A stretch of 64,000 nt of DNA from Carcharhinus longimanus (taxonomy: Eukaryota): contig JASCQW010000132.1 in assembly GCA_030264375.1 (NCBI GenBank), forward strand, positions 16,150,335 through 16,214,334. The letters are read 5' to 3'. How positions within the stretch are numbered: the first letter of the stretch is position 1; each line of letters begins with the position of its first letter. This document shows positions 1 to 13,165 of this stretch, piece after piece. The notes under the pieces are model-generated. The model was not told where the DNA came from and searched no databases. It saw nothing but the letters and a program-made list of their open reading frames with translations. The translations under genes were made by a program, and so were the position numbers.

Positions 1-77
1 TGTGGCGACTAGGGGATTTTCACAGTAACTTCATTGCAGTGTTAATATAAGCCTACTTGTGACACTAATAAATAAAC
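1..77 (+). mobile_element. 3' tail of HE1/V-SINE-like element (tail A)
   Basis: Near-identical to 1293-1370. Confidence 0.85.
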
Positions 78-474
78 AAAAACTAGGTTGTTCCTATGTT
101 AAAATAGCAGAGAGAATGCACCCCAATGTGGAGTGTTGAGAAGTAACAGCGTGACTAGACCACCAGAGGCATTGTTAGAGTGCAGAAGGAAGAATGCGTT
201 GAAATGAATAGCCAACATGATATGAATGGCAACGCAGGCTAGTTTGCTGCTGATCCCAGGATTGAGTTATTGTGATGATGGCTGACAGCTTCAGAGAAGC
301 TGCATAGTCGCTAGAGCAGGAAATGGCCATTATTCCAAACTTCCAAATAATATTCAAAATGGCTGCCAGCAACTCAGTGCAGCGCCATCAACAAACTGAT
401 AAGTTCTGAATATTTTCAACAGCACTCAAGCTTGTTCTTTTGGGTTTTTAGACTGTTATAATTACCCCAAACAA

Positions 475-805
475 AGAACAACTTGTTTCCATATGGCTCT
501 GTTTATAACGTAAATTGCCCCCACATTTCATGGCATTGTTATCAAGTGACACCTGTCACTGTACTGCACTAGGAGACATTCGGGCACATGATCAAACGCT
601 GGTTAAAGATGTAGGTATTGAGGGGCATATTAAAGCAGCAAAGAAAGGTGAGGGGATGTGAGCAGGGAATACCAGAACTTCAAGTCCAGGCAACTGAAGT
701 CTTGGCCACCAATAGAAGATCAATTAATGTCAGGAACACTCAAAATTGCAGGAACACAACAGATATCTCAGAGGATTATCGGCCTGGAGGGGATCACAGA
801 TGTGG
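475..805 (-). mobile_element. Decayed L2-like LINE 3' fragment
   Basis: Resembles 45035-45300 and the reverse complement of 56590-56850. Family name from recall. Confidence 0.45.
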
Positions 806-869
806 GTATGCCGGCGTTGGACTGGCGTAAACACAGTAAAAAGTCTGACAACACCAGGTTTTAGTCCAA
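806..869 (-). mobile_element. Penelope-like element terminus
   Basis: GTAAAAAGTCTGACAACACCAGGTTTTAGTCCAA is the reverse complement of 54803-54837. Runs into an N gap. Confidence 0.65.
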
Positions 870-1074
870 NNNNNNNNNNNNNNNNNNNNNNNNNNNNNNN
901 NNNNNNNNNNNNNNNNNNNNNNNNNNNNNNNNNNNNNNNNNNNNNNNNNNNNNNNNNNNNNNNNNNNNNAGAGTGTGGTGGGGGGCAGCGGGGGGGGGGG
1001 GCGGGGGGCAGGTTGAAAACAAAAGCCTAGTTTTAATAAAAGCAAAATACTGCAGATGTTGGAAATCTGAAATA

Positions 1075-1370
1075 GGGTGGCATGGTGGCACAGTGGTTAG
1101 TACTGCTGCCTCACAGCGTTAGGGTTCATTTCCTGGCTTGGGTCACTGTCTGTGCAAAGTCTCCACATTCTCCCCATGTCTGCATGGGTTTCCTCCAGAT
1201 GCTCCAGTTTCCTCTCATAGTCCAAAAGACGTGTAGGTTAGGTGCATTGGCCATACTAAATTCTCCCTCAGTGTACCCAAACAGGCACCAGAGTGTAGTG
1301 ACTAGGGGATTTTCACAGTAACTTCATTGCAGTGTTAATGTAAGCTCACTTGTGACACTAATAAATAAAC
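1075..1370 (+). mobile_element. HE1/V-SINE-like tRNA-derived SINE, tail A
   Basis: tRNA-like head (GGTGGCACAGTGGTTAG), V-domain core (GTCTGCATGGGTTTCCTCC...), tail ending TGTGACACTAATAAATAAAC. Multiple copies in the window. Confidence 0.9.
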
Positions 1371-1870
1371 ATTTACATTTGAAAAGGATTTTTAGCCTCT
1401 CTCGTGATCTCACCAGCTCATCCCAATCATCAACCAATGGGATGAGAAGATAAGATCATCCCCATTATTTTATTCGAAGTTAGCGAATCTGTGCCAACTG
1501 TTTGTTCTGAGGCATCCGTAAGCAGTCATAGGGCGGGTTTTTCCGGCCACGCTCACCCCAAAACCGGACAATCCCACCCAAGGTCAACATTGTCCCTTGC
1601 CCACTACGATTCCCACAACTAGCAGAACAGGGCCCTTCAGCCCATCAATTCTGCACCAACAATAACTACCATTAAAGGCACGCAAATCCCATTTTGATGC
1701 ATATTCTGTGAATGGATTTATTCTTAAAATTCCACACACCTGTGTGACAATGCAGAACATTTCCCTCTGGGAACCTAGAGAGTTGATGGTTGGATGGGAA
1801 CTGGGTTGGGGGAGGAGGAAATGGAAGTTGCTGAGGGACATCTTTCCATGGCAGGTTCTGGGAAGAGGTA

Positions 1871-1958
1871 GGGCGGGGCCAATGAGGAGTGATTGACAGG
1901 ACGGGCCACGTGACTGAAGTATAGACGTCACAATGCTGGTCCGCCCCCTGGTGACGTC
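1871..1958. promoter_or_regulatory. Promoter-like motif cluster with CTCF-like site
   Basis: GGGCGG 1871, CCAAT 1879, TGATTGACAG 1890, CACGTGAC 1907, GACGTCA 1924, TGACGTC 1952, and GTCACCAGGGGGCGG on - at 1955-1941. Confidence 0.5.
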
Positions 1959-4900
1959 GCGGCATTCTAATTCCCTCACCCTGGCCTACCCCCCTCCCTC
2001 CCCGGGAATGATTCAGTGCTGCTCCAATCCTGGTAATTGACTGTGACAAATAAATAGTGACTGCAATTTTCTGCGTGTAAGTTTACAGGAATGACCTCGA
2101 GTCTCCAGCAATGCCCCCAGCCCATTAAGCTCTTATTCTATTCCATAACATTTGTGTGTGTGTGTTTTGCTCCTCTCTGTTTGAATACCCTCACATGCTA
2201 TCATGGGAGATACTTAACAGAAATACCATTTGGGGAGATTAAAGCAAAACACAGGGAAGAAGGAAAAAGGCCCCCATTTCAGTCCATAACAATCAAAAAT
2301 AATAATTAGTGGAGGAGATTTTTTTTCCCCCCAGCATTTTCTGTTTTGTGTTGCAAAAAAAAATTAGTTTGGTCAAACGGCAAGACTGACCTCTTAAGGT
2401 GTGACCAGACCTTTTTAAATCCACATTCCAATCTTATAACCCTCTCTCCATAATCCAGGGGTAATTAGCATAGCTCCAAAACTCCAGCAGGCTTTACAGT
2501 TGAGTAAGGCCTGGCCTTGATTTAAATTGGTATTTGTTGTAAATGCATTTTTTTTTACATATTTTAAGGAACATGTTATGATAACAAAGGTTTGTTTGTT
2601 TTTATTTTTTTTAAAGAAATCACGTTCTGCCTTTTAAACCTGAACTGCTGTTGCACTAAAAAATGTTTGGGAAGCTGGCGCCTATGGTAATTAGGTTTAT
2701 TGTAGCCCACAGCTGTGGCTGGAGGCGGTGCAAGTGTATTGTCTTCCCCTGTAATGAGTTTCTGAGAATTCATAATTGCCAACTATCTGGGATTAAAGCG
2801 AATAAGGGCGATGTTTCTACGCCGCCGAGTTGTGGCTGAATGTTGCACTTCGGAAGAGGGGGGAGTAGGAGCAAATAGCATGCAGCAACCCCCGCTAATC
2901 GTTTCGGTTTTATTCCAGGCTTGGCGTGTGTTTACTGCAAATGAGGAATAAGTGAAGGGGAGGAAGTTAGGGGAAGAGGGTGGGTTAAACTTCAGGAAAG
3001 AGATGAGGACATATTCTGCTGCCGTGTGTGTGTGTGTGTGTGAAAGTAGCAACACAACGATTTTTTTAAAAGCCAAATGAAAAGCGTTTTGCCTGCTGCA
3101 GATAAACTGTGGAAGTCACTGATGCGCTGCGGTGACAATGTAACTAGGTAGGAAAGGGAGAATCAATGTGAAGATGGGATATGGGGGCTGGGGGGGGGGT
3201 AGAAAAAGAGAGAATTCCCCCTGTGTAGTAACAAAATGCGAAAAAAAAGAAGGGATGTGTATTTTGTAGCATGATCAAATCAGGATTCCTTTTGCCAGAA
3301 CGGAAGTTCTGAGGAACTGAACCCAGTTCAAAAGTTACACCCACTGAAAGGAACCGAAATTTTAAAAAGAATGCAAGCCCCAGCCTCCCTGAAAGTTAAC
3401 ACTGCCGCTGCAGGGTCACAGTGGCAGTCCAGTCCCGTCTCATACCTTCTGTCCGGCATTACTGGCACTGAGATCGCCCCTTCCATCTATTATTAACGCT
3501 TCCGGTGTGAATATATACAAGTCAAGTTTATTAACAGGGGTCTTTGCAAACTATTTTGTTCAGAATTCAAATTCCAGACGTTTGTTGTCTATGAATCGAT
3601 TGGTCATGGTGCTGATTCCCAAAAGCTGGGAGTCGACAGTGTCAAGTTTTTTTTTGATAGCAAGGTGCTAGCGAGACCTGGAGATAGATTGCTTTAGTGT
3701 TTATGTGAACACATTTCACCACCCCTACCCCCCCCCGCGGGGGTGGTGTNNNNNNNNNNNGAATGTTAAATAACCCTAATTATTTTTCGCAAATGGGCTG
3801 ATTTGTGTATAGAATTCGTACTGAAACATTCGTTATCCAGTTGTGGTGGTGTGGCCAAAAAAAAAGCTTTCCTTGTGTCTGTGCGTTTTCAGTTTTTTTA
3901 TTTCCTAAGGATTCGTTGGCAAGGGGCGACTATTCATATTTTCGAATAGTAAAGTGTTGGTTTTAATCGTTCATGTCGGGGCCGGGTGCCTTTTAATTGC
4001 CAATAATTTAGCCAGATGCAGCGATTTGGTCCAACATGTTCGCATCTTGCCTTAGCAGTTCAGCACCGCTGTGGGTTGTGATGTATTTTTCCCCAGAGTT
4101 AACTTTGCTAGCTTTCTTCAAATCCCCGCAATGCCTCTCACTCTTTACCTGCTCCAGCCTTTCACTCTGGAGCAGAATTAGATTCCCCGTTTCAAACGTA
4201 TGGGGAGGTTTGTGAATGTGTTTCTTTTTAATAGCTTCTCCAAGAAGACAAAACAAAACAGATTTCCTCGGAGCCCTGACTAGTGAATGTTTACCGAGAA
4301 TCAAGTGTTCTGGCTATATAGATTTCCCCAACAATCCAACGCAAACAATAATCCGGAAGCTGACGTGAAATTTAAAACAATACTGAAAATTTAAATTAAT
4401 TTTTTTGGGCCAAATGCAATATATTTCTCGGCATCTCTTGTTTACATTTAAGCAGAGGAAAGTTAACGATTTGGGTTGAACTCTTGGTCAGGAGGCTTCT
4501 GCTCAACCGGCTTTCCTTCAGAAAATACTTGCTCTTTCCTTGATTAAGATGGGAGTCCTACTCACAAGAAGTAACTTCCTAAAGGTCGGAAGATATGGCC
4601 CGATTCGCCTTTAACTAATATTACATGTATCTCAGTTTTACTCGGGATGCAACATTTGCTATGTAGACAACCCTTAAAATAACTGCAACATTTGTAAGAC
4701 CATCGCAATATGTCACAACTGTTTCCTTGAAGCATCTCAATGTTATTGATGTATATAAAGAGCCCGAATGTGGTCACATAAACAATAAAGTATTCTCCAG
4801 GAATCGCTAGCACCATGCTGTTTTTGTGAGTGGTGGTCATTTTGGAATGATTTTAATGTTCTCACAGTTTTANNNNNNNNNNATGAATAAAGTATATTTT

Positions 4901-7900
4901 TGGGGAAAAAACTTTTTTTCTTTTTATCAAAGACATTGAGTAGGAAATACTTTACAGCTTCTTCCGAGTGGAGCAAGGTACCTCACTTGATAGGAGCACA
5001 TTGCTTGTTGTAGATGTTTTAAAGTAGGAAGCGATTTGGGGAACCAGTGATTTGGAATCGAACAACCGACACAGGGTTATGTGTGGGATTATCAATCGCC
5101 ACATCTTATTAGTAAGTTCACTTGAATTCGACAGTCTTTGGATGCAGAGATGTACAAAAATGAATCTGCTCCCTAAATCCCACCGTGTACACTGGGTTGC
5201 TGGGTGGTGGTTGAGTGGACAGCTGGTGTTGTTGTGTCTACAGTGCGCATTTGTTTTTAACATTCGGATTTCTGAAATTGCAACACCGGGAATGCAGCAT
5301 TTGGAACAAAATATAAGTGCTAGGAACCTGGAGCAAGAGATAGGACGTGCAACAGTGTAGTCCTTTAACCACAACCTCCTAGTCAATCGGCGGAGAGACG
5401 TCTCTGACGAATTCACTTTTTGCCCGCATGTGTCGTTCCACAGTGTGTTATGTGACACCGTGCATTCTTAAACACTTCCTTGCCGGTGCCTTGATCTGCC
5501 TCCGTGCCCTAACATTGCTCACCGCGCAATAAGTAGCGAGATCTACCCCGAAGGAAAGCTGCGGAGGCGGCCAATTAGCAGTTGTTCCTGCCTTTGTAAT
5601 TGTTGTCATTTATTTCCCTCTTTCGGGGTGGCGATAATATTCCCTGGAATCCACGTGCGCATTTTAAGAGCTAATGAAAATATCAGGAAAATGGCATCCT
5701 GGAAAAAAAAACGGGCCATTAATTCGAAAGACTAATGAGTCGAAATTGTTTATCATCCTATTATAACCCCAGCACCGTCTACACAAAAGTTGAAAGCAGG
5801 ATAAATGACCAGGCTTCGGCTGTCAATGAAGCCATTTTTACTAAACGGTGTCTCCAAAGACAAGAACCATCATTCAATTAGGTTTATCTACAGGTCCTTA
5901 ATTGCGTTTTCGGATAGAGGAGGGTGTAATACACTGCTGCAAAGGGCTCGATTAGAAGCCGCTAGCAGAGTCCTGACGGCGCTTTTCACTCAGGTCCATT
6001 CAGAGGGGATTTCTTCACGCCGCGGCGATCAGGCGGATTAAAGTGTAATTAAAACCTAGAAATTATCTTTCGCAACATTCTTCCCCCCCCCCCCAACCAC
6101 CTCCCTTCCTCCCTCCCTCCGACACCAAAGTGTCCACTCCGCCGAACAGAAGAAGCCCTCTGATGCCTCCGTTCACCCTTTTCAAAAGAAATGGGATCAA
6201 ACACTCAACAACAAAAAAAGGAAGGGGAGGGGTGTTGGGGGGAGAGAAAGAGGACAGCAGCAAGTGACCTGGCGCTAAATTGGACATCGATACTGTTATA
6301 ATTAAAATCTAATTAAATAGATACCATTCCAGGGCGAAAATAAGGATCTTGAAAACAGTATTCGCCCACATTGACATTAGCAAGGTGCCAATGACTTACA
6401 CATAACATTTACGTTTCATATATATATATTAATTTAGTCACTGGGCGGAATTGGCTTGTTTGTTCCATCTTGGTTGAAGGTTACAATCTCTCCCTCCATT
6501 GAGCATCCCCCTGATCAGTTTCCTAATCACCTGATCGTGATTTCACGCGTTCTGAGTGTGACTTTAACGGTGTGTGTGTGTGTGTAAAAATAAGCACCAA
6601 AGTTGTAAAGGGCGAGAATGATTCAGATAAGACCGTCACAACACACACGGGCACAGTAGAACTGCTACTTTAATATACAAGAGAGGAACTACAGCTTTGG
6701 AACAATTGTCAGAGGGAATGTGCGGCCTGCAAAAGAAAAGCAGATGTTTCACGCTTTGGATAACGCTGCATTTTAATAGAAATTGCGTCATCGGCTGGGC
6801 CCTCATAGGGGTCGATTTAAAAATGTGTCTTCTCACAACACATCGACCTGCTGTAAACCCAGACAGTTTTTGTCCAACACTCTAACCCCCCAACTCTTGC
6901 CCGCAATGTCCCTCGATGTATTTTTTTTAATAATGAATCACATTTGAAGGACATGACTTTCGGGGCAATTTGGCTCCCCCCTTCCCCTCCCCTTCCTCTT
7001 CTCCTTCTCCCCTCCCCATGTCTGATGCTTAAGGATTCGGATGGTGACCTCTCGCATTGTTTCGCGGCTGCTGTTGCACCGATCCATTCGACCACATCCT
7101 TGTCGTCACCCTGGCTCTATGATCTATGGGCTGGCAACTCCAACGCCGTTCATTCATAAATACTTTTAAATGCGGAGACAAGTGTGACATCCTTTGACCT
7201 ATAGCAATGAATTGTCAATGACGTTCTGAGTATTGGATCCGCCGCACAAGTCTCTGATGTGAGGTCCTAACAAATGCACACCTAAATACACACACAGCAA
7301 TTTCCCCCCAGCGCACAACAACATCAACAAATTGGCACTACTTTTTATATACACACATATATATATATTGGGTTTAAGAAGTTTTGATGAAGAGCTTCTG
7401 GAAATTGAATGTACCGGCAAAGGTTTGAGTGGGGGAAGTACCAATTACTTCTGCAAAAGCTGCTTTCCGGCCCCATTCAAAGAGGGCCCTTCCTTGCTGC
7501 TTCGGAAATCACAAAATCCTAATTACGAGATTCTTTGACTTGAACCCTCAGCCAAACATTTTTAACTAAAGCATGCCTGTCCTTTTTTTAAAAAAAGCTC
7601 AAATAAATGTAAATGTTTTTGTGTGTTTAGGTTGTTTTAAAAAGAAAGTGTACAAATGACATCCCCTTCCTCCCACCCCCACCAACCGCTGCAACCGTAC
7701 CTGATAGTTTTAACATCAGTCAGCAAATCTAATTTTATATTGAGTGAGATTGACAAAAAAAAACAGCGGGGGAAATAACGGAGAAAGTGGTGTGGGATGG
7801 GGGTTAGCACTGAACGGGAGAATTAATCAGACACTGAAACGTGGGCAATTGCAATCGATTAACCGATTTGATGGATACACCTTCACGTGTTCTCCCCCCC

Positions 7901-10703
7901 CCCCCCCCTCACTCTCTGTAGGGACATTTCTCTCCCTCTGGCTGTTTCTTTTCGCACGCGGATAAAGTGACTCAAAGTGCAAATAAACAAAAGTCGAGCA
8001 AAGCTTGAGACAAACTGAGTGCGGTGGTAGGGAACTGTTTAATTTACAGCAGGCGAGCTGGGGACCAAAGAACATTAATTAAGAGCGTCTCCAGTCACAG
8101 CGAGGAGGGTAAGTGGCAACTATTGGCCTTCGAAGTAGATTAGATCCACATTTTTCTCAAGTCTGCAAAAGGATACCCTCTTCCCAAGCAAATAAAAGTT
8201 ATTCTAATCACCACAAACTTTATATATGTATATGATATTCATATCACTATATATATACATAGACATATATACCATATTTTGCATATCTATAACACCTTCA
8301 CACTTGGTTGATGTGGTTTTAAAGGGACTACTCGAAGGTGACCTTTCAGTGCTAATGAGAATTGAATGTGTGGGTTTAAATTGTCACATTGAGTGAGCTA
8401 GTTACTACACCCTGTTAGGAGAAAATTATACCGGGGTGAAAATCCAAAGGAATTCGCCACTTTTTTTTCCCCTGTGTCTTGAATGGTCGAGCGGATCTTG
8501 TTTCCCTGACTTGGGCTTACGTTAATACCCAAGATCGGCTAGTGTTGCAGGAGTTTACCGTCACAATACTCCTTGTTGTGTCTACAAGGATTAGCAGCTC
8601 GGAAGTGGTGGCGGGAGGTGGGAGGGAGGGGGAGCCTTGAAACTCGAGGCATTTTGGAGAAAAGAAACTTTATTTCACACCTTTCGGGTTTTGAAAGGAA
8701 AGAGGAAGATAAGAGAAATTGAGGATGGATTTCCAAAATGACTTTCTCTTCATCGGAACTCGAAGTTTGTCTGCCTTATCCCGGGGGCGGGGTGGGTGTT
8801 GGTGGGTTTTCCACCCCGCTAACACCTAAGACTTTCTGACATGTTCACCCACAGCTGCTGAAATTAGAACCCCCTCCTTCAGTGTCGGAGACAATTTTTT
8901 TTCTCTGCATTTCCCCATCCTGTCCCCAAGTGTCATCATACCTTTGAGGTATTTCAGAACAAGGGGTAGAGGGAGTCACAAACTCCAGGTGGGGAGAGAT
9001 TATCTGGTGGAAGAATGAACTCAAGAGAATGGAAACTCTCCCAAGTAACTGAAACACTGCTATTGCTTCACTTAATGTTGGCTGTAACAACCCCCCCTCA
9101 AAAAAAAAATCACCCAGGCACTCCCCTGTGAATGACCCTGAAAACTGTATCTCTGGAGAAGTCCAGAACTCGGGGGACGATGTGGCAATGTGATACCACA
9201 TTGAGAGATTAGCTCCGATTTTCAACTCAATTTGTTTGCCCCTCGAACATAATCCAATTTCTGAACGGTTTCCTGAGAGCCGGGCTGTGNNNNNNNNNNN
9301 NNNNNNNNNNNNNNNNNNNNNNNNNNNNNNNNNNNNNNNNNNNNNNNNNNNNNNNNNNNNNNNNNNNNNNNNNNNNNNNNNNNNNNNNNNNNNNNNNNNN
9401 NNNNNNNNNNNNNNNNNNNNNNNNNNNNNNNNNATAAAATCGCAGGGCATTTTGCTTTTTGCTGCAGAGCTGGGAGGGACTCAAAAGCAACCTGCTGCAG
9501 CAATATTGGTGGAGGCAATATTAAAGGCAGAGCACAGCATCACTTTCGTCGTTTGTTGTACCATTTTACTGAGTTTTTTTTTCTCAAGCTGAGAACACTT
9601 TCTCACTCTTTTCCCTATTGGATAGAAATATGCAATGGCATAAAGGGCGATTACATCTCCCATTTAATTATTTCAATCCTGATTGTGGGAGCATTTTTTT
9701 TTCCAGGAGTGGATGGCAGAATTTTACATGCAAATGTTTCTGAAATGTTGATCAAGATTCAAAGCGCTGAAAAGACGTTTAAATGCATCTGAACAATTAA
9801 ATTGTCGATAGACAGAGAGTACCAATGTATCTGAAAGCAGTGTGGGCATGAGGTAAACATATTGTGGTTCTACCGGGTAACTGTTGAACTTTGCATTTAG
9901 CCAATACTCAAGTTACTTCACCACTCGGGAGAGTACATGAAACCCTCTCCTAACGCATAAAATACCTTCCCGAAAGGAGAATCTGCTCAGGTTCCAGGAT
10001 CCGTAATATTTTACCTTTATCTGGAGAATCTGCTCGATTATGTACACTAAAGTGAGCCAATGTCCAAAAGAAATGTGGCGGGGATGGGGGTGTTTAGAAA
10101 TAAAATTCAGCTTTTGGTTTCTTGTTGGCTCTTGGAGTTAGGCGCTTCAGAGGGATAACCTCTTGAACATTATTGTCCTTTGACATTTCATCATCTCTCC
10201 GGTGTTTCCCAATACTGCGCCCACAGTAGGTAGGAGACTCGTGCACTCGCTGTTGGGCCTTACAGTGTTTTAACCGTTGGAATCGATTCTGGGATAAACA
10301 TCAGTCAGGTCGGGAGCCTCATCAACGCTTATTCTGAAACGGCCTCTAATCGTTCTGCCTCTTTAGAGGAGGTTAATGTTTCTGGAAATTACTGGCGGAT
10401 GAGAATAGAGGTCCTGTGAATGGTGAGCGCAGCTGCAGGTACATGTGTACAGTGTCCCCATGGAGCAGATGCTCAGGTTGTAGGTGGTTTAATTAAAGGT
10501 GAACTCACCGGGACTTAATACCATCCTGCCGTATGTGAAAAGGCTGCAGGATTCGATTACCAGGCTGGTACTAAAGGACAAAACAGAANNNNNNNNNNNN
10601 NNNNNNNNNNNNNNNNNNNNNNNNNNNNNNNNNGAATAGCACAACACTGGCTAAGTAAACCTGCAGCCGCCTTAAACGTTTTGTTTTGATTTATTATGCA
10701 AAA

Positions 10704-10960
10704 AAAGTTTATTTATTAGTCACAAACAGGCTTACATTAACAGTGCAACGAAGTTACTGTGAAAATCCCTTAGCCGCCGCCACACTGTGAAAGGTACTGT
10801 TTCTTGCGCGCTGTGCAGATAAAGCATGCTGTACATAGAGAAGGAAAGGAGAGGGTGCAGAATGTAGCGCTACAGTCACAGCTAGGGTGTAGAGAAAAGT
10901 CAACTTAATTTGAGGTAGGTCCATTCAATCAAAAATCTGATGGCAGCAGGGAAGAACTGT
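10704..10960 (-). mobile_element. SINE tail-A fragment fused to a Rex1/L2-like LINE 3' fragment
   Basis: 10704-10787 matches tail A. 10788-10960 matches 19770-20060 and 47260-47435. Confidence 0.8.
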
Positions 10961-11604
10961 GTCCCTGTTTCATCCGTTGTTTCTTTTCCCTCTCTATTTT
11001 AGTAAATCAACAGCAGCTGAAAAGAACAGAAGCTGCTTCAACAGGTCTCTCTGACCGAATGTGTAGTTTCTGAAAGTTTGACTACTATTTCAGCTGAGCG
11101 ACCAACCTTCAGCTTCCCTGGGTTAGTTAATGTTCCATCCTNNNNNNNNNNCAAACTATCCTCGATGACTCCTGGCGGGGGGTGGGGGGGGGGGGGTATC
11201 AATTGTTGGCAATCTCGCTGTGCACAGACCTCTCCCGGGCTCAGCGCTGAAGCTCAAAGTTTGGTTCGAGGCCTGGGCCTAAGTTCTCATTCACCGACCT
11301 CCTCATGGGGAATCAAAGCGCCAGGCCACCACAGTATCTGTGAAAGGGCAGGAGTGGGAGAGGGGGTCGTGCAGCTGAGGTGTGGGGCTGTTGAAAAAAA
11401 AATGCAGCGATTTGTCCTTTCAGGCCATCAGTATTAATTAGGAAGCCCTCTCATGCTAAAAACACCCTGGCGCACGCAAGGTGCATCCAACATACTCCCT
11501 CTGTTACTGAGGACTATTTGAAATGATGCCTTTAAAAGGAACTCGGCTGATTTTTAAGCATTGTGAAACGGATTCTGTTTAAGCAGCCGACACTAGAAGA
11601 TAAT

Positions 11605-11771
11605 AAAACAAAAGCAAAATACTGCGGGTGCTGGAATCTGAAACAAAAACAGAAAGTGCTGGAAAATCCCAGCAGGGTCTGACAGCATCTGTGGAGAGAG
11701 AATAGAGCAACGTTTAGCGCCTGGATGACTCCAGATTCTAAACCTTAATTCCATTCTCTCTCCAGAGATGC
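11605..11771. mobile_element. Penelope-derived partial fold-back element
   Basis: AAAGCAAAATACTGC...CAGCATCTGTGGAGAGAG with inverted CTCTCTCCAGAGATGC. Homologous to the copies at 12315, 38700 and 57852. Confidence 0.7.
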
Positions 11772-12010
11772 GAGAAGATAACAATATTGGTGTTTATGGA
11801 CAGTTTTGAGCATAATTTTGGTCACCTGTCCCTGCTGGTAAAGTCAGGCTGGAGCAAAGGGCAAGGACTGAAACAGTCTCTTATGTTGCCATTCGCCCCC
11901 CCCCCCCCAATCAGCTGATTGAATTCAGGATTGGCGGGGCACCGCGACAACCCCAATTTAAAATATGCCCCTATTCACTATTTACACCGCCTCTAACCTT
12001 GGTTCCAAAG

Positions 12011-12116
12011 GAAAGAAAGACTTGCATTTATGTGGCGCCTATCACGCTCTCAGAACGCCCCCGTGTCGCTTCAGGAAGCGCTTTTGAAGGACAGCCGCTG
12101 TTGCAATGCAGGAAAG
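12011..12116 (-). mobile_element. DeuSINE (SacSINE1-like) 3' tail remnant
   Basis: GAAAGAAAGACTTGCATTTATGTGGCGCCT... resembles the reverse-complemented L2-type tail of SacSINE1 as I recall it. Confidence 0.55.
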
Positions 12117-12314
12117 GACATCTGACAATAAAATAAATGATCAAGATTAAAGGATCTCAGTTCACGCTGCAACTGATGGAAGTTCCCGCTCCGGCCAAGA
12201 ACTCGTTAAATTCCCTTTTTAGTTCTGCATCGGATTATCCTCCCTGCTTCAGTCCACACTTTCAAAAAACAAAATCAATTGTGTTATGTGAGGGTAGGAC
12301 TAGAAATAACAAGA

Positions 12315-12531
12315 TAAAGGCGAATTACTGCGGACGCTGGAAATCTGAAATTTAAAAAAAACAGAAAATGCTTGATAAACTCAGCAGGTCTGACAGCGCC
12401 TATGGAGAGAGAAACAGAGTGAGTGTTAGGAGTCCATGTAGAAGGGTCATCCAGTACTCTAAACGTTAACTCTGTTCCCCTCTCCACGGATGCTGCCAGA
12501 CCTCCTGAGTTTGTCCAGCATTTTTCCGTTT
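12315..12531. mobile_element. Penelope-derived fold-back element
   Basis: About 60-bp inverted arms at 12360-12420 and 12469-12531. Confidence 0.8.
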
Positions 12532-13165
12532 GAATACCCGCCTAATAGCACTGTGGCCACATTACATGAATGGGTGTTTTCTGTATTTGTACACAGCATA
12601 GTAAAAGAAATATAGCATTGTACCCAGCCTGCTTATCGGCAAAGTGCAGCCTTATTTCCATAACAATTATAAATGTTGATTTTTAGAAAACACGTGGAAT
12701 GACTGGGATGAGGTGGGGGTAAGAAGCAATCTTAACAAGTGTATACTCCAGCAACAAGTCACAGTACACTACGGTGCTGGTTTAGAGTAGGTGCGATCTG
12801 GATTTAAATAGAGACATTTAGACACTTAAATATTTGAAAGGGCGCCTGCAGCAAAAACAAATCTGTCAGAATCGTAAAACTTAACGATTCACGCACTGTT
12901 GGCAACAATACGGAAAACTGTGAGTCGTTTTCAGGTTGTCGACCTACCTAGTTTAGCATGTATCTTTCATTAATGCAAACGAGGACTTTGAAACAGATGA
13001 AAGAAATAAGTGTATTTGAATGCAACACTCCAACGGGTTTATTGTGTGGTTTTTTTATATACATATAATATATGTAATTATAAATTCTTGACGGCACAAG
13101 TGGGGGAGAGAGAAAAAAAATGTATAACCCTACAGGGTGTCAAACCAAGTTTAAGGTGGATNNNN

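Noticed and set aside
1527-1625. GC-rich segment as part of the 1.9-kb promoter cluster
   Set aside because: It resembles a dispersed shark repeat fragment from memory, but there is no second copy here to support any call.
4952-5458. 168-aa minus-strand ORF
   Set aside because: No recognisable motif or exon structure, and consistent with chance in non-coding DNA.
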